From Dehalococcoidia bacterium (GTDB lineage Bacteria > Chloroflexota > Dehalococcoidia > Lucifugimonadales > UBA2985), in NCBI GenBank assembly GCA_965247645.1, contig OZ252024.1:974455-1038454 (forward strand): a stretch of 64,000 bases of DNA. The letters are read 5' to 3'. The notes beneath the pieces were generated by a model. It saw only the letters and a program-made list of their open reading frames with translations. It ran no database searches and was not told where the DNA came from. The translations under genes and the position numbers were made by a program. Shown one piece after another: positions 29,290 to 38,629 of the stretch. Each line of letters starts with the position of its first letter. Within the stretch, counting starts at the first letter, position 1.

Positions 29290-30088
29290 CCCATAGCTTG
29301 TCAAGCGAGGGAGCGGGGTCAGTGAGGCGCTTCACGGGATTGGGGCTGTCTGAGCCGATTCCTGATGAGAGCGCCATCCTGCACTTTCGCCACCTGCTGG
29401 AAGATCGCCATCTGGGACAAGGGCTGTTTGCGGAGATCAACGAGCATCTGGCGTCCCAAGGTCTGCGGCTCAGGGAAGGGACCATAGTGGACGCCACCAT
29501 CATAGAGGCGCCGCCCTCCACCAAGAACCGGACCGGGCAGCGGAACCCGGAGATGCGCCAGGTGAAGAAGGGGAGCCAATACCACTTCGGGATGAAGCTG
29601 CGCATCGGGGTGCAGAAACGGGAAGAGCATCTGGAGTTGGCAGTACAGTGGCAGGTGGCAATGAAGCCTGGACAGAGGCGGAAACTGGAACCGGAGGATC
29701 CGGCGGCAATAGGGGAAAAGGTGAAGGCTTCTATCCGGGCCAAGGTGGAACACCCTTTCCTGGACGTGAAGAGATTATGGGGCTATGCCAAGAGCCTGCC
29801 CTCGCGAAAGCGGGGGTACGCTATCGGGGCTTGACCAAGAACACAGAGCGGCTGGCGCTGTTGCTAGGGCTATCCAACTTGAAGCGGGCTAAGGGCCTCT
29901 TGGTTGGTTGACCAGGGGGTAGTGGGCCCAAAAGCGGGACTGAAGCCGCGAAGAGGCCGAAAAGGAGAGGGCAAAGAGCCGAAGTTAACCGCACCATCAA
30001 CAAACAAGGCAAAAAGCCAGGAGGGAAAGTCTGCTTCTGTACCCGGCAATCAAAACATCAGCCTGGCGGCGCTTTGTTCAGACCTTCC
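29290..30088 (+). mobile_element. Decayed IS5-family insertion sequence (left end missing, right end intact)
   Basis: The transposase relic is listed as the next feature. The right terminus ctttgttcagaccttcc (30072-30088) is the reverse complement of GGAAGGTCTGAACAAAG, which is IS5-type IR-like, and it abuts ctag (30089-30092), the classical IS5 target. No matching left IR is found. Confidence 0.75.
29298..29911 (+). pseudogene. IS5-family DDE transposase remnant
   Basis: RRFTGLGLSEPIPDESAILHFRHLLEDRHLGQGLFAEINEHLASQGLRLREGTIVDATIIEAPPSTKNRTGQRNPEMRQVKKGSQYHFGMK parallels E. coli IS5 InsH. The N-terminal ~100 aa are missing. The central block carrying the second catalytic Asp (ADAGYQG) is deleted. 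A frameshift near 29780 moves the C-terminus (RYRGLTKNTERLALLLGLSNL) to the frame of ORF 29648-29911. Confidence 0.8.
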
Positions 30089-30321
30089 CTAGTAGCAAGG
30101 AGAAATTAGGGACATCCCCATTGCGGGTCAAAACCAAGTTCATCAAATGTTCGGCAGTCTTCTCGTTAGACATGGTGCTCATCGTTGCTCCACCTCACAG
30201 CCTTGACACATGCTAGCTTAGCAGGCTGTGAAAATACCATTTTATGAACCAGTGTGCCACAAAAATAGAGTTGGTAATCCTGTTACGCCGCCGCCTTACC
30301 TTGCAAAGCCACATTCGCCTT

Positions 30322-31404
30322 CTAGTCGAAGCTCTGCAGGCGTTGAACGGCGCCCGCGTCCAGCCTGCGGATGACGGCTTCCACCAGGTCAACCGTGCGG
30401 TCGAAGTCCTCGCGGCTGATTATTCCGTAGTGGCTGTGGAGATAGCGGGTTGGGACGGCTATGTTGATGGCGGGAGCGCCGCCGTGCGACCGCTGCATCT
30501 CGGCGCCGTCCTCGCCATAGCCGCTCAGGACGTCGAACTGTACGTGTATCTCCTGGGCCTCAGCCACGTCCAGAACAAGGTCCCGCAGCTTAAGGCTGGG
30601 CAGCATGGAGGAGTCGTGCAGGAAGATGGCCGGGCCTTTGCCAAGGCTTTCCTGGGACTCGTCCTGGGTCATGCCTGGGAAGTCCCCGGCAACCCCCGAC
30701 TCTATGTTGATGCCTATGTCTGGCTCAATGCGATAGCTGCTGGTGTGCGCCCCTCGCAGCCCAACTTCCTCCTGGACCGTTGCCACGGCGTAGACCGCGC
30801 AGGGCGGCGCGCCGGCCTTGAGACGCTTCATCACCTCAATCATGACCGCCAAGCCAACGCGGTCATCCCAGGCCTTGGCAAGGTACAGCTTGCCGCCGCT
30901 CAGGGGCGTGAAGAGGCTGTCCGGCGCTATGGGGTCGCCGGGACGGATGCCAAGCCGCTCCTCGGCGTCCTTCAGGTCGGCGGCGCCCACGTCAATGAAC
31001 ATCTGCTCCCGTTTGAAGACCTGGGCGCGCGCCTCCGTCGTCATAACGTGGACGGTCTTGATGCCCGACATGCCGCGCACCGGGCCGTGCCTGGTCTGAA
31101 TGACCCAGCGTTGGTTGATTAGGGCCTGGTCCAGCCATCCGCCCAGGGCCTGGAACTTCACGTAGCCCTCCGGGGTAACGAACCTGACCATCAGGCCAAC
31201 CTCGTCCATGTGGGCGGCCATCATAACCCGCGGAGCGCCGCCGTCCTCGCCCAGCCTGCCTATCAGCGACCCGATGCCGTCAGTCTCGACGTGGTCGCAG
31301 AGGGGCGATAGCTCGCGCTGCATGACGGCCCTGACCGGGCCCTCAAAGCCCGATGGCCCGTGAGCGTTGGTCAGCTCCTCAAGCAGAGACTCGATATTGT
31401 CCAT
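30322..31404 (-). CDS. M42-family metallopeptidase (glutamyl aminopeptidase / FrvX-like)
   Basis: 360 aa. LTNAHGPSGFEGPVRAVM...MMAAHMDEVGLMV...KAWDDRVG...QEEVGLRGA are characteristic M42 motifs. Confidence 0.85.
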   Translation of the reverse strand: MDNIESLLEELTNAHGPSGFEGPVRAVMQRELSPLCDHVETDGIGSLIGRLGEDGGAPRVMMAAHMDEVGLMVRFVTPEGYVKFQALGGWLDQALINQRWVIQTRHGPVRGMSGIKTVHVMTTEARAQVFKREQMFIDVGAADLKDAEERLGIRPGDPIAPDSLFTPLSGGKLYLAKAWDDRVGLAVMIEVMKRLKAGAPPCAVYAVATVQEEVGLRGAHTSSYRIEPDIGINIESGVAGDFPGMTQDESQESLGKGPAIFLHDSSMLPSLKLRDLVLDVAEAQEIHVQFDVLSGYGEDGAEMQRSHGGAPAINIAVPTRYLHSHYGIISREDFDRTVDLVEAVIRRLDAGAVQRLQSFD

Positions 31405-31519
31405 TGCTGCGCCCCCTGTACGTGTGATACCGGTAGCGTACTCATATTTCGTGCAGTGTCAAGCGCAGAGCCGGGTGCGCAAGAGCGCGTTCATAGTCCA
31501 ATGAGCCTGTCGCAAACGG

Positions 31520-32290
31520 GTGGCTTTGCCAGCTCTGTCCTTGTATCCTAGAAAAGGACTTGCGAGAGGAAGGAGACAGCCCGTCTTGGAAGGAGCCCTG
31601 AGCGAGAAGCTGATGGACGTGTACAACAGGCTGCTTGGCCGTTACGGGCCGCAGCGCTGGTGGCCCGGAGACGGAGCCTTTGAGGTTATCATTGGGGCCA
31701 TCCTCACCCAGTCGGCCGCCTGGACCAACGTGGACAAGGCGCTGGATAACCTGAAGGCCAGGGGTCTTCTGACCCCGGCGGCACTGAGGTCGCTTCCCAT
31801 CAAGGACCTGGCTGTCCTAATACGTCCCTCGGTGTACTTCAACTCCAAGGCGTTGAAGGTCAAGGCCTTTGTGGAGCGCTTGGGCGACCATTACAACGAC
31901 GACCTTGAGGCGATGTTCCGGCAAGATGTCCAACCTCTCCGCCGTGAGATGCTCTCCATCTACGGGATAGGGGAGGAGACCGCCGACGATATTCTGCTGT
32001 ACGCCGCCGGCAAGCCCATCTTCGTGATCGACGCGTACACCAGGCGCATATTTGGTAGGCTGGAGGCCACCCCCGCCGAGGACAAGTACGTCGCCTACCA
32101 GGCCCTCTTTATGGACAACCTCACCCACGACACGGCGCTGTTCAACGAGTACCACGCTCTGCTGGACCGTCACGGAGTGGAGGCGTGCCGAAAGCGGGAA
32201 CCCCTGTGCGGGGGATGCTGCCTGCTGGACCTGTGCCCCACTGGAGCGCAGCGGACTGCCGGACAGCCGTGGGCTGACGCCCGCTCATAG
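31520..32290 (+). CDS. Endonuclease III-related HhH-GPD DNA glycosylase-family protein
   Basis: Contains RWWPGDGAFEVIIGAILTQSAAW, an HhH region (IYGIGEETADDILLYA) and a C-terminal Cys cluster CRKREPLCGGCCLLDLC. The start is uncertain (the ATG at 31613 is also plausible). Confidence 0.75.
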   Translation: MALPALSLYPRKGLARGRRQPVLEGALSEKLMDVYNRLLGRYGPQRWWPGDGAFEVIIGAILTQSAAWTNVDKALDNLKARGLLTPAALRSLPIKDLAVLIRPSVYFNSKALKVKAFVERLGDHYNDDLEAMFRQDVQPLRREMLSIYGIGEETADDILLYAAGKPIFVIDAYTRRIFGRLEATPAEDKYVAYQALFMDNLTHDTALFNEYHALLDRHGVEACRKREPLCGGCCLLDLCPTGAQRTAGQPWADARS

Positions 32291-32346
32291 CCTGCCCCCG
32301 CATCAAGCGTGGGGCAAGCGCCGTACTTGATACGGGGGGTGAGTGG
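32289..32346 (-). repeat. Dispersed REP-like repeat, family A copy 4 (composite/double unit)
   Basis: agcctgcccccgcatcaagcgtggggcaagcgccgtacttgatacggggggtgagtgg. Confidence 0.7.
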
Positions 32347-32447
32347 GTCGAACCATATGCGCGGGTGAAAGGCGTCCACAGGACGCTCCCGCTGCCGACC
32401 GTGCGCGCTCTTCAAATATTGCGATCTCTTGCCGGCAAGCATCCTGG

Positions 32448-33221
32448 CTATTGATCAACAACCTCCAGTAGTATCGTCACTTTCTCGTAAACCAGGGTCT
32501 TGTTTCCCCCGGCGTCCACGGCCCAACGTTGGAGGCGTTGGAACAATGGGTTCTCAACCACCAGCTCATAGCGCGCCAGTATATACAGTGGCTCCAGGTC
32601 ATCGAAGTAGGGCAAGCTGTAGCCTGGTTCGTTCGAAAGACGGAGATACTGATAACTAGGCGCGGAGTAGTCATACTCTCTCTCGTAAATGACTGTCCTC
32701 TTTCCGTCCCAGTCCCCTTCGCCCACCTTTTCCAACCCAAGGTCTGCCAGTTTTTGAGGAGCGCTCTCGGCACGCCGCGCCCACTCCTGGAGGGAGTAGG
32801 GGGTGTATGGGGCGCGATGCTCCCTGTCGCAGTTGGCATACTGGTGAACGATCTCGCCATCAATCGTCTGGCTCGTCATATAGGCATCGCCGTTGATCTC
32901 TGTGGACCTTCCCCGTCTTTCGGATGCAAGGCCATCATTGTCGACTTGGATCCATGACTCGGAATAGAATCGTTCAGGCTGAGCACATGGATCTGATGCA
33001 ATTCTGTCTGCCATGGGGCCATGCCGTAAGTACCGCTCGTGTACTCTGTGCAGCGTTATCCCGGGCAGCAGCTCGTCGGCAAAAGAGGTTGATGCAGCCT
33101 GTTCCGGAGCAGTGGCGCCCGCTTCCGCTGGAGGCTCAAGCGCAGCACACGCAAGAAGTATGCCGGCGAAGAACGCTGCCAGTGACCCTCCTACCATAAT
33201 CTTTCCAATTTGACGTTTCAT
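32448..33221 (-). CDS. Secreted lipoprotein, hypothetical
   Basis: I prefer the ATG at 33221 (MKRQIGKIMVGGSLAAFFAGILLAC|AAL lipobox). No family recognised. Confidence 0.5.
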   Translation of the reverse strand: MKRQIGKIMVGGSLAAFFAGILLACAALEPPAEAGATAPEQAASTSFADELLPGITLHRVHERYLRHGPMADRIASDPCAQPERFYSESWIQVDNDGLASERRGRSTEINGDAYMTSQTIDGEIVHQYANCDREHRAPYTPYSLQEWARRAESAPQKLADLGLEKVGEGDWDGKRTVIYEREYDYSAPSYQYLRLSNEPGYSLPYFDDLEPLYILARYELVVENPLFQRLQRWAVDAGGNKTLVYEKVTILLEVVDQ

Positions 33222-33426
33222 TACAACTACACTGTAACACATACTGGTGGTCTGTTTGGCAGCCGGCAAAAGTGAGCATCAGCTTCGAGAGATCAGTGGT
33301 CGGATTGAGGTCTTGTAAGCTCCCTGAGGTCCCTGTTGCCCTGACCCACATACAACGGCTTTACTGTGCCCGTTGTGTCCTGATAAACTAGAGGGGAAGA
33401 CTTGGGGACGGTCAGGAGGTGTTCCT

Positions 33427-33573
33427 ATGAGTGACCGAGACTACCGGCATCGAGAGACCAAGAAGCCGAAAAAGGCGAGCCGCCCCATCAAAGTGGAGGC
33501 GCTGGCGCCTTCGGTGGAGGTCGCGGTGGTGAGGAAAAAGAAGTCAAAGCGGGAAGAAGACCCCTCCGGCTAG
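33427..33573 (+). CDS. Small lysine-rich protein (48 aa), hypothetical
   Basis: aggagg lies 8 nt upstream of the ATG at 33427. Sequence MSDRDYRHRETKKPKKASRPIKVEALAPSVEVAVVRKKKSKREEDPSG. It ends 1 nt before the acylphosphatase gene. Confidence 0.4.
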   Translation: MSDRDYRHRETKKPKKASRPIKVEALAPSVEVAVVRKKKSKREEDPSG

Positions 33574-33574
33574 A

Positions 33575-33880
33575 ATGGCAAAGCATGAGGGACTTCATGC
33601 CGTAGCGCGCGGGCGGGTGCAAGGCGTCGGCTTTCGCGACTTCGTGTTGCGCAATGCGAAGAGCCTGGGCCTGAAGGGGTACGTGCGCAATCTGCCGGAC
33701 GGCTCTTCCGTGGAGGTGGCGGCGGAGGGAGGACGAGAAGATCTGGATGAGCTTCTGGGACATATTCGCCAGGGGCCGCGGTCTGCTGAGGTGCAGGGGG
33801 TGGATGTACAATGGACGGAGGCATCGGGCGGTTACGAGGACTTTCGCTTGGTTTACCGGACGCCCGCAGGCGGGGCGTAG
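33575..33880 (+). CDS. acyP: Acylphosphatase
   Basis: 101 aa. The GRVQGVGFRDFV...GLKGYVRNLPDGSVEV signature matches. Confidence 0.85.
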   Translation: MAKHEGLHAVARGRVQGVGFRDFVLRNAKSLGLKGYVRNLPDGSSVEVAAEGGREDLDELLGHIRQGPRSAEVQGVDVQWTEASGGYEDFRLVYRTPAGGA

Positions 33881-33900
33881 GTCTCAGGAGGGTGACATAA

Positions 33901-35208
33901 ATGGAAATGGACGTTAACAGGGGTCTGCCCTATATGCTGAGCGTAGAAGAGGCTCAGGCCAGGATTCTGGGCATGTTCCGTACCCTGGAGTCGGAAAGGA
34001 AACCCCTGCTGGACGCCTTGGGCCAGGTACTGGCCGAGGACGTGGTATCCACGCTGGATATTCCTCCCCTGACCAACTCCGCTATGGACGGATATGCCGT
34101 GCGTTACGAAGCCATTGCAGGTGCAACCTACGACAGCCCCAGGGAGCTGCGGGTCATTGGACACCTGGCTGCGGGCCAGCTTCCTGAGCAGGAGGTGTCC
34201 GGCGTGAACGCGGTGCGCATAATGACCGGCGCTCCAATACCCCCCGGCGCGGACACGGTGGCGCCATTTGAGGAGACGGACGAGTTCGAGAGGAAGAGCC
34301 GGGGTATGGGCCCCCTGGACATAACGGAGATAATGGTCAGGACTGACGTTGCAAGAGGGTCAAACCTGCGGCCCGCCGGTCAGGACGTGCAAAAGGGTCA
34401 GATGGTACTGGAGAAAGGCGCTCTCCTGCGCCCTTCGGAGATAGGAGTGCTGGCGTCCCTTGGCCGTGACGCGGTGGAGGTGACGCGCCGCCCGGTGGTG
34501 GCGGTCATAGCCACTGGGGATGAGCTTTTGGAGCCTGGAGAGCCCGCCGCCGCCGGCAAGATCTACAATAGCAACAGCTACAGTGTAGCGGCGGCCGTTC
34601 TTCGCTACGGCGGGATTCCCAGGATGCTGGGCATAGCCGGGGACAACCTGGAGTCGATGAACGCCAAGCTGGAGGAAGGGCTGACGGCGGATATGTTGTT
34701 GACCTCCGCCGGGGTGTCCAGGGGGGACTACGACATTGTGAAGGACGTGCTGGCCAGCCGCGGGGAGATCGACTTCTGGTCGGTCAGAATGAGGCCGGCA
34801 AAGCCCCTGGCGTTTGGGGTTTTCCCCGGTCCGGGAGGCAGGAAAGTCCCCCACATTGGTCTGCCGGGGAACCCGGTGAGCGCGCTGGTCGCCTTTGAGG
34901 AGATGGTGCGTCCCGCCATCCTGAAGATGCAGGGGCGCACAGACCTTGGAAAGCCTGTTGTGAGAGCGGCGCTGGAGGACGACATCGTCAATGGCGATGA
35001 GCGGAGGGTGTACGCCAGGGCGGTTATTACCCGTAGAGACGGGCGCTACTACGCTCGATTGACGGGAGACCAAGGGTCCGGGGTGCTCACCTCAATGGCG
35101 CTGGCTAACGGCCTGGCCATATGCCCGGAGGACGTTCCGGTGATGAAGGCGGGTGAGGAGGTGGACGTCCAGATGCTGGACTGGCCGGAGGACGCGGGGC
35201 AGCGCTGA
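33901..35208 (+). CDS. moeA: Molybdopterin molybdenumtransferase MoeA
   Basis: 435 aa. Contains LSVEEAQARIL...PPLTNSAMDGYAVR...ATGDEL...IYNSNSY...LPGNPVSALV. Confidence 0.85.
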   Translation: MEMDVNRGLPYMLSVEEAQARILGMFRTLESERKPLLDALGQVLAEDVVSTLDIPPLTNSAMDGYAVRYEAIAGATYDSPRELRVIGHLAAGQLPEQEVSGVNAVRIMTGAPIPPGADTVAPFEETDEFERKSRGMGPLDITEIMVRTDVARGSNLRPAGQDVQKGQMVLEKGALLRPSEIGVLASLGRDAVEVTRRPVVAVIATGDELLEPGEPAAAGKIYNSNSYSVAAAVLRYGGIPRMLGIAGDNLESMNAKLEEGLTADMLLTSAGVSRGDYDIVKDVLASRGEIDFWSVRMRPAKPLAFGVFPGPGGRKVPHIGLPGNPVSALVAFEEMVRPAILKMQGRTDLGKPVVRAALEDDIVNGDERRVYARAVITRRDGRYYARLTGDQGSGVLTSMALANGLAICPEDVPVMKAGEEVDVQMLDWPEDAGQR

Positions 35209-35241
35209 GGCCGGACTACACGGGAATCGTGGGTGGGGGTC

Positions 35242-35274
35242 CCGCTCACCCACGTATCAAGTACGGCGCAGGCT
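35242..35274 (+). repeat. Dispersed REP-like repeat, family A copy 5
   Basis: ccgctcacccacgtatcaagtacggcgcaggct. Confidence 0.7.
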
Positions 35275-35323
35275 CTGAGCCTGTCGATGGGCGTGGGCGG
35301 AGATGACAGGCAGAGATCCCAGC

Positions 35324-36196
35324 CTAAGGGACGTCCTCGGACGTTTCGGCGGACGTTGTGGTTATGATCCCCTTAAGAACGTCGGCGCCCGTGGGGTCGT
35401 GGCTTCCCTCGACCGGCTCTATGGACACCGCGATATTATCGAAATCCCTGATGGAGCCTATACCCTGCACCATTAGCTGGCCGTAGCCCGCGCTGTTCAC
35501 GGTGAATGTCCCTCCGCTTTCCATGGCGCCGTTTGTCATGAGCCACAGCTGGTACGCCTGGTCTCTTGGCAGCGGTTGCAGATTCAGCGCTTCCAGGACG
35601 GCCCAGGTGGCGCGAGGGCTGATCATGAGCATACCCCTGGACTTGGGAGCGGCCTCGGCTCCGTCCAGCATGACGGTGGAAACCCCGGGCATGGCCGCGA
35701 CGTAGGCCAGGTCCAGCTGGTCGAAGATCAGCTGGGATATCTTCTGGTTCTCCTCTTGCATCTGCTCCAACTGTTCCCGGAGGCTCGCCGAAAGACGAGC
35801 GTCCTCGTCCTTCAACTCACTCACCTCCATCCACAGCAGCAGAGCGCCCAGGCTCAAGCCCACCAGCGATATGGCTACGAGGGCCATCGCCGAGGCGGCC
35901 AGGGGTTGTCTCAGGCTGCTTCTGAGGAGCCCCAGTATTCCGCCCGTCATATCCGGCCGCGTCTTCGGCCTGGCGCCGGAGTCCACAATCGCCAGGATGC
36001 GCTGCTTGAGTCCCAGCGGCGCCGGCAGCGAATCGCCCATTCTAGATAGGGTTACGGCGGCCGGGCTTTCCTCGTAGAACAGGGCAAGACAGCCCGGACA
36101 CCCCTGCATGTGGGTCTCCAGCGCGGCCCGCTCATGCTCATCAAGCGCGCCCAGCAGGTAGGCAGGTATTAGCTCCTCCGCCTCATGGCACTTCAT
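35324..36196 (-). CDS. Anti-sigma factor (zf-HC2 N-terminus, single TM, RskA-like C-domain)
   Basis: MKCHEAEELIPAYLLGALDEHERAALETHMQGCPGCLALF. It overlaps the upstream ECF sigma gene by 4 nt. Confidence 0.75.
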   Translation of the reverse strand: MKCHEAEELIPAYLLGALDEHERAALETHMQGCPGCLALFYEESPAAVTLSRMGDSLPAPLGLKQRILAIVDSGARPKTRPDMTGGILGLLRSSLRQPLAASAMALVAISLVGLSLGALLLWMEVSELKDEDARLSASLREQLEQMQEENQKISQLIFDQLDLAYVAAMPGVSTVMLDGAEAAPKSRGMLMISPRATWAVLEALNLQPLPRDQAYQLWLMTNGAMESGGTFTVNSAGYGQLMVQGIGSIRDFDNIAVSIEPVEGSHDPTGADVLKGIITTTSAETSEDVP

Positions 36197-36759
36197 AATA
36201 GCTCCTCCGCCGGTACTCCAATGCTCTCTCTCAGCCTCTTCAGGGCGGACCTCATGTGGGTCTTCACCGTGCCCAGGGGTTGGCCCAGCTTCTCGGATAT
36301 CTCCTTCTGGGTGTAGCCCTGGAAATAGCTCAGGTATATCACCCTTTGGTACTGGTGAGGCAGGTCGCGGAGAGCGCCATGTATCCGGTAAAACTCCGCG
36401 CCCGTTTCCAGTGAAGGGGCATCCTGAGACTCAAGCTGCTCCAATATCTCATTCTCAAGAGGGATTTCCTGCGACCTTCTGCGTCGCTTCCTGAGCTCGT
36501 CCACGGCGCGGTTGTGGGTAATGTGAGTTATCCATGTCGAAAACCGCGCTTTCAGGGGATCGAAAGTCCCACTGTTGCGCCACACAGACAGAATTACGTC
36601 CTGGGTCACCTCTTCCGCGTCCGCACGGTCTCCCAGAATGGTCATAGCCAGAGAGAACACCCTGGAAGAATGCCGGTCATACAAGGCCGCCAAGGCCTGT
36701 TGGTCGCCGGAAGAGACCAGGTAGGTTAGCTCCGTGTCCTCCAGGAGGTTGTATTCCAC
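36193..36759 (-). CDS. ECF-type RNA polymerase sigma-70 factor
   Basis: 188 aa. Region 2 (AEEVTQDVILSVWRN...WITHITHNRAVDELRKRRR) and region 4 (YQRVIYLSYFQGYTQKEISEKLGQPLGTVKTHMRSAL). Confidence 0.85.
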   Translation of the reverse strand: MEYNLLEDTELTYLVSSGDQQALAALYDRHSSRVFSLAMTILGDRADAEEVTQDVILSVWRNSGTFDPLKARFSTWITHITHNRAVDELRKRRRRSQEIPLENEILEQLESQDAPSLETGAEFYRIHGALRDLPHQYQRVIYLSYFQGYTQKEISEKLGQPLGTVKTHMRSALKRLRESIGVPAEELL

Positions 36760-36962
36760 GGCGTTCCCTCATCCGGACACACACAGCCGCGCGACTTAAT
36801 ATACGTAGCAACCGCGCGTTCGGATGTTATCTTAATGGGTAGATTATAAATGAAACGGCCGAAAATCCCTAATCGTTCCTACGGCTGAATTGCGCTGCCA
36901 TGCAGAGGCTGTTAGAATTCCCTCAGCGCCATCGGTGTGTAGACCCGTTTCGGGAGGGTAGC

Positions 36963-37535
36963 ATGGTCCTTAGCGACCGCACAATCAAGGATGAACTGGA
37001 GCAGGGGAGGATAGTCATTGAGCCTCTGGACCCTTCGTGCATACAACCGGCCAGCGTGGATCTCCATCTGGACCGCAGGCTGCTGGTGTTCCGCAATACC
37101 CGGCACCCCTTTATAGACGTGCGGAAGGAGATGCAGGGCTTGACGGATGTGGAGGACATACCCGACGACGATCCGTTCATCCTGCACCCGGGGGAGTTCG
37201 TCCTGGGCAGCACCTTGGAGTCGGTTGCCCTGCCGGCGGACATTGTGGCGCGCCTGGAGGGCAAAAGCTCACTGGGCAGGCTGGGCCTTCTCATCCATTC
37301 TACGGCGGGCTACGTGGACCCGGGTTGGAAAGGCCACCTGACCCTGGAGTTGAGCAACGTTGCCAACCTGCCCATTACGCTCTACTTTGGAATGAAGATA
37401 GGCCAGATCTCCTTTCTACGGCTTACTTCGGCGGCGGAGAACCTATACGGCTCCCCGGCCCTGGGAAGCAAGTACCAGGGACAGACCGAACCCACCGCCA
37501 GCAGGATTTACAGGGACTTCACGAAGAGCGGATAA
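36963..37535 (+). CDS. dcd: dCTP deaminase
   Basis: [21 protein letters not shown]...QPASVDLHL...[10 protein letters not shown]...[12 protein letters not shown]. The start is the ATG at 36963 inside the longer ORF 36900-37535. Confidence 0.9.
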   Translation: MVLSDRTIKDELEQGRIVIEPLDPSCIQPASVDLHLDRRLLVFRNTRHPFIDVRKEMQGLTDVEDIPDDDPFILHPGEFVLGSTLESVALPADIVARLEGKSSLGRLGLLIHSTAGYVDPGWKGHLTLELSNVANLPITLYFGMKIGQISFLRLTSAAENLYGSPALGSKYQGQTEPTASRIYRDFTKSG

Positions 37536-37540
37536 CGCCC

Positions 37541-38623
37541 ATGGGCTACATGAAGCGGGCTCTGGAGCTGTCCCGAGAGGCTTTGGGCCTTTCCAGTCCC
37601 AACCCCCCGGTAGGGGCGGTGGTGGTGAAGGATGGGCGGGTGGTAGGCGAGGGTCACACGCTGCCACCGGGCCAGTCTCACGCAGAGGTCATCGCCCTGG
37701 AGCAGGCGGGGGAGCAGGCCAGGGGAGGCGCGCTGTACACCACCCTGGAGCCCTGCTGCCACTTCGGAAAGACCCCGCCCTGCACCGGAGTCATAATCCG
37801 GGCGGGTATCGCCCAGGTTCACATTGCTACCCTGGACCCAAACCCCCTGGTGAACGGCAAAGGCATGGCCGAGTTGGAGGGCGCGGGACTCAGCGTTCAC
37901 ATGGACGAGCGCGGCGAAGAGGCCAGGGAGGTGGCGGAGGCGTACATCAAGTTCGTGACCACCGGCCTCCCGTTTGTGATAGCCAAGTTCGCTATGAGCC
38001 TGGACGGGAAGATAGCCACGTCTTCAGGCGACTCAAAGTGGATCAGCTCAGAGGCAGCTCGCCGCTGCGCCGGTGAGCTGCGGCGGCAGGTCGACGGCGT
38101 AATGGTCGGGGCAGGCGCCATCCTGAGCGACGACCCAAGGTTGACCGCTCGCGATACGGAAGGCAACGCATTGGCAAGGCAGCCCCTGCGTATAGTGGTG
38201 GAAGGCTCCGCCCCTGTGCCTCTGAGCGCGCAGCTTTTCCGAGAGGACGGCCCGCTCCTAGTGGCGGCGGCGCGCTCGGCAGGGGACAGGATGGAGGCGC
38301 TGTGCGCCGCCGGAGCAGAGGTAATGCTTCTCCCGACGGAAGACGGAGCCGTGGACTTGGCCGCCCTTCTCCAAGCGCTGGGAGAGCGTGGCATAACCAG
38401 CCTGCTGGTAGAGGGAGGGGGCAAGCTGCTGGGGTCCTTCTTCGACCTTGGCCTGGTGGACAAGGTGGTGGCCTTTGTATCGCCCGTCATTCTGGGAGGC
38501 AGGGACTCTCCCTCGCCGGTTGCGGGGACGGGCGCAGCCACCATGGCCGACGCCCTGCGCTTGAGCCGTACAAGGGTGGAGATAATTGGAAATGACGTAA
38601 TGATGACTGGGAGCGTGAGGTAA
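37541..38623 (+). CDS. ribD: Riboflavin biosynthesis bifunctional deaminase/reductase RibD
   Basis: MGYMKRALELSREALGLSSPNPPVGAVVV...HAEVIAL...TLEPCCHFGKTPPC...KFAMSLDGKIA. The track ORF 37037-38623 carries a spurious 5' extension overlapping dcd. Confidence 0.9.
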   Translation: MGYMKRALELSREALGLSSPNPPVGAVVVKDGRVVGEGHTLPPGQSHAEVIALEQAGEQARGGALYTTLEPCCHFGKTPPCTGVIIRAGIAQVHIATLDPNPLVNGKGMAELEGAGLSVHMDERGEEAREVAEAYIKFVTTGLPFVIAKFAMSLDGKIATSSGDSKWISSEAARRCAGELRRQVDGVMVGAGAILSDDPRLTARDTEGNALARQPLRIVVEGSAPVPLSAQLFREDGPLLVAAARSAGDRMEALCAAGAEVMLLPTEDGAVDLAALLQALGERGITSLLVEGGGKLLGSFFDLGLVDKVVAFVSPVILGGRDSPSPVAGTGAATMADALRLSRTRVEIIGNDVMMTGSVR

Positions 38624-38629
38624 CAGAGG

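Noticed and set aside
36760-36860. Possible autoregulated ECF promoter upstream of the sigma factor gene (ccgaac ... cgta on the minus strand)
   Set aside because: This is only a loose resemblance to the GGAAC-N16-CGT ECF consensus, and the spacing is ambiguous. It is not strong enough to list as a feature.
36760-36962. FMN riboswitch expected upstream of a rib operon
   Set aside because: ribD follows dcd with a 5-nt gap. The dcd upstream region lacks the conserved FMN-element blocks as far as I can tell by eye. I conclude it is probably absent, but Infernal with RF00050 should confirm.
37037-37540. The 5' extension of the 528-aa track ORF that contains ribD
   Set aside because: The extension overlaps dcd in another frame and reads as Gly/Pro/Arg-rich filler. 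The RibD family N-terminus (MGYMKRALELS...NPPVGAVVV) starts at the ATG at 37541, 5 nt after the dcd stop.
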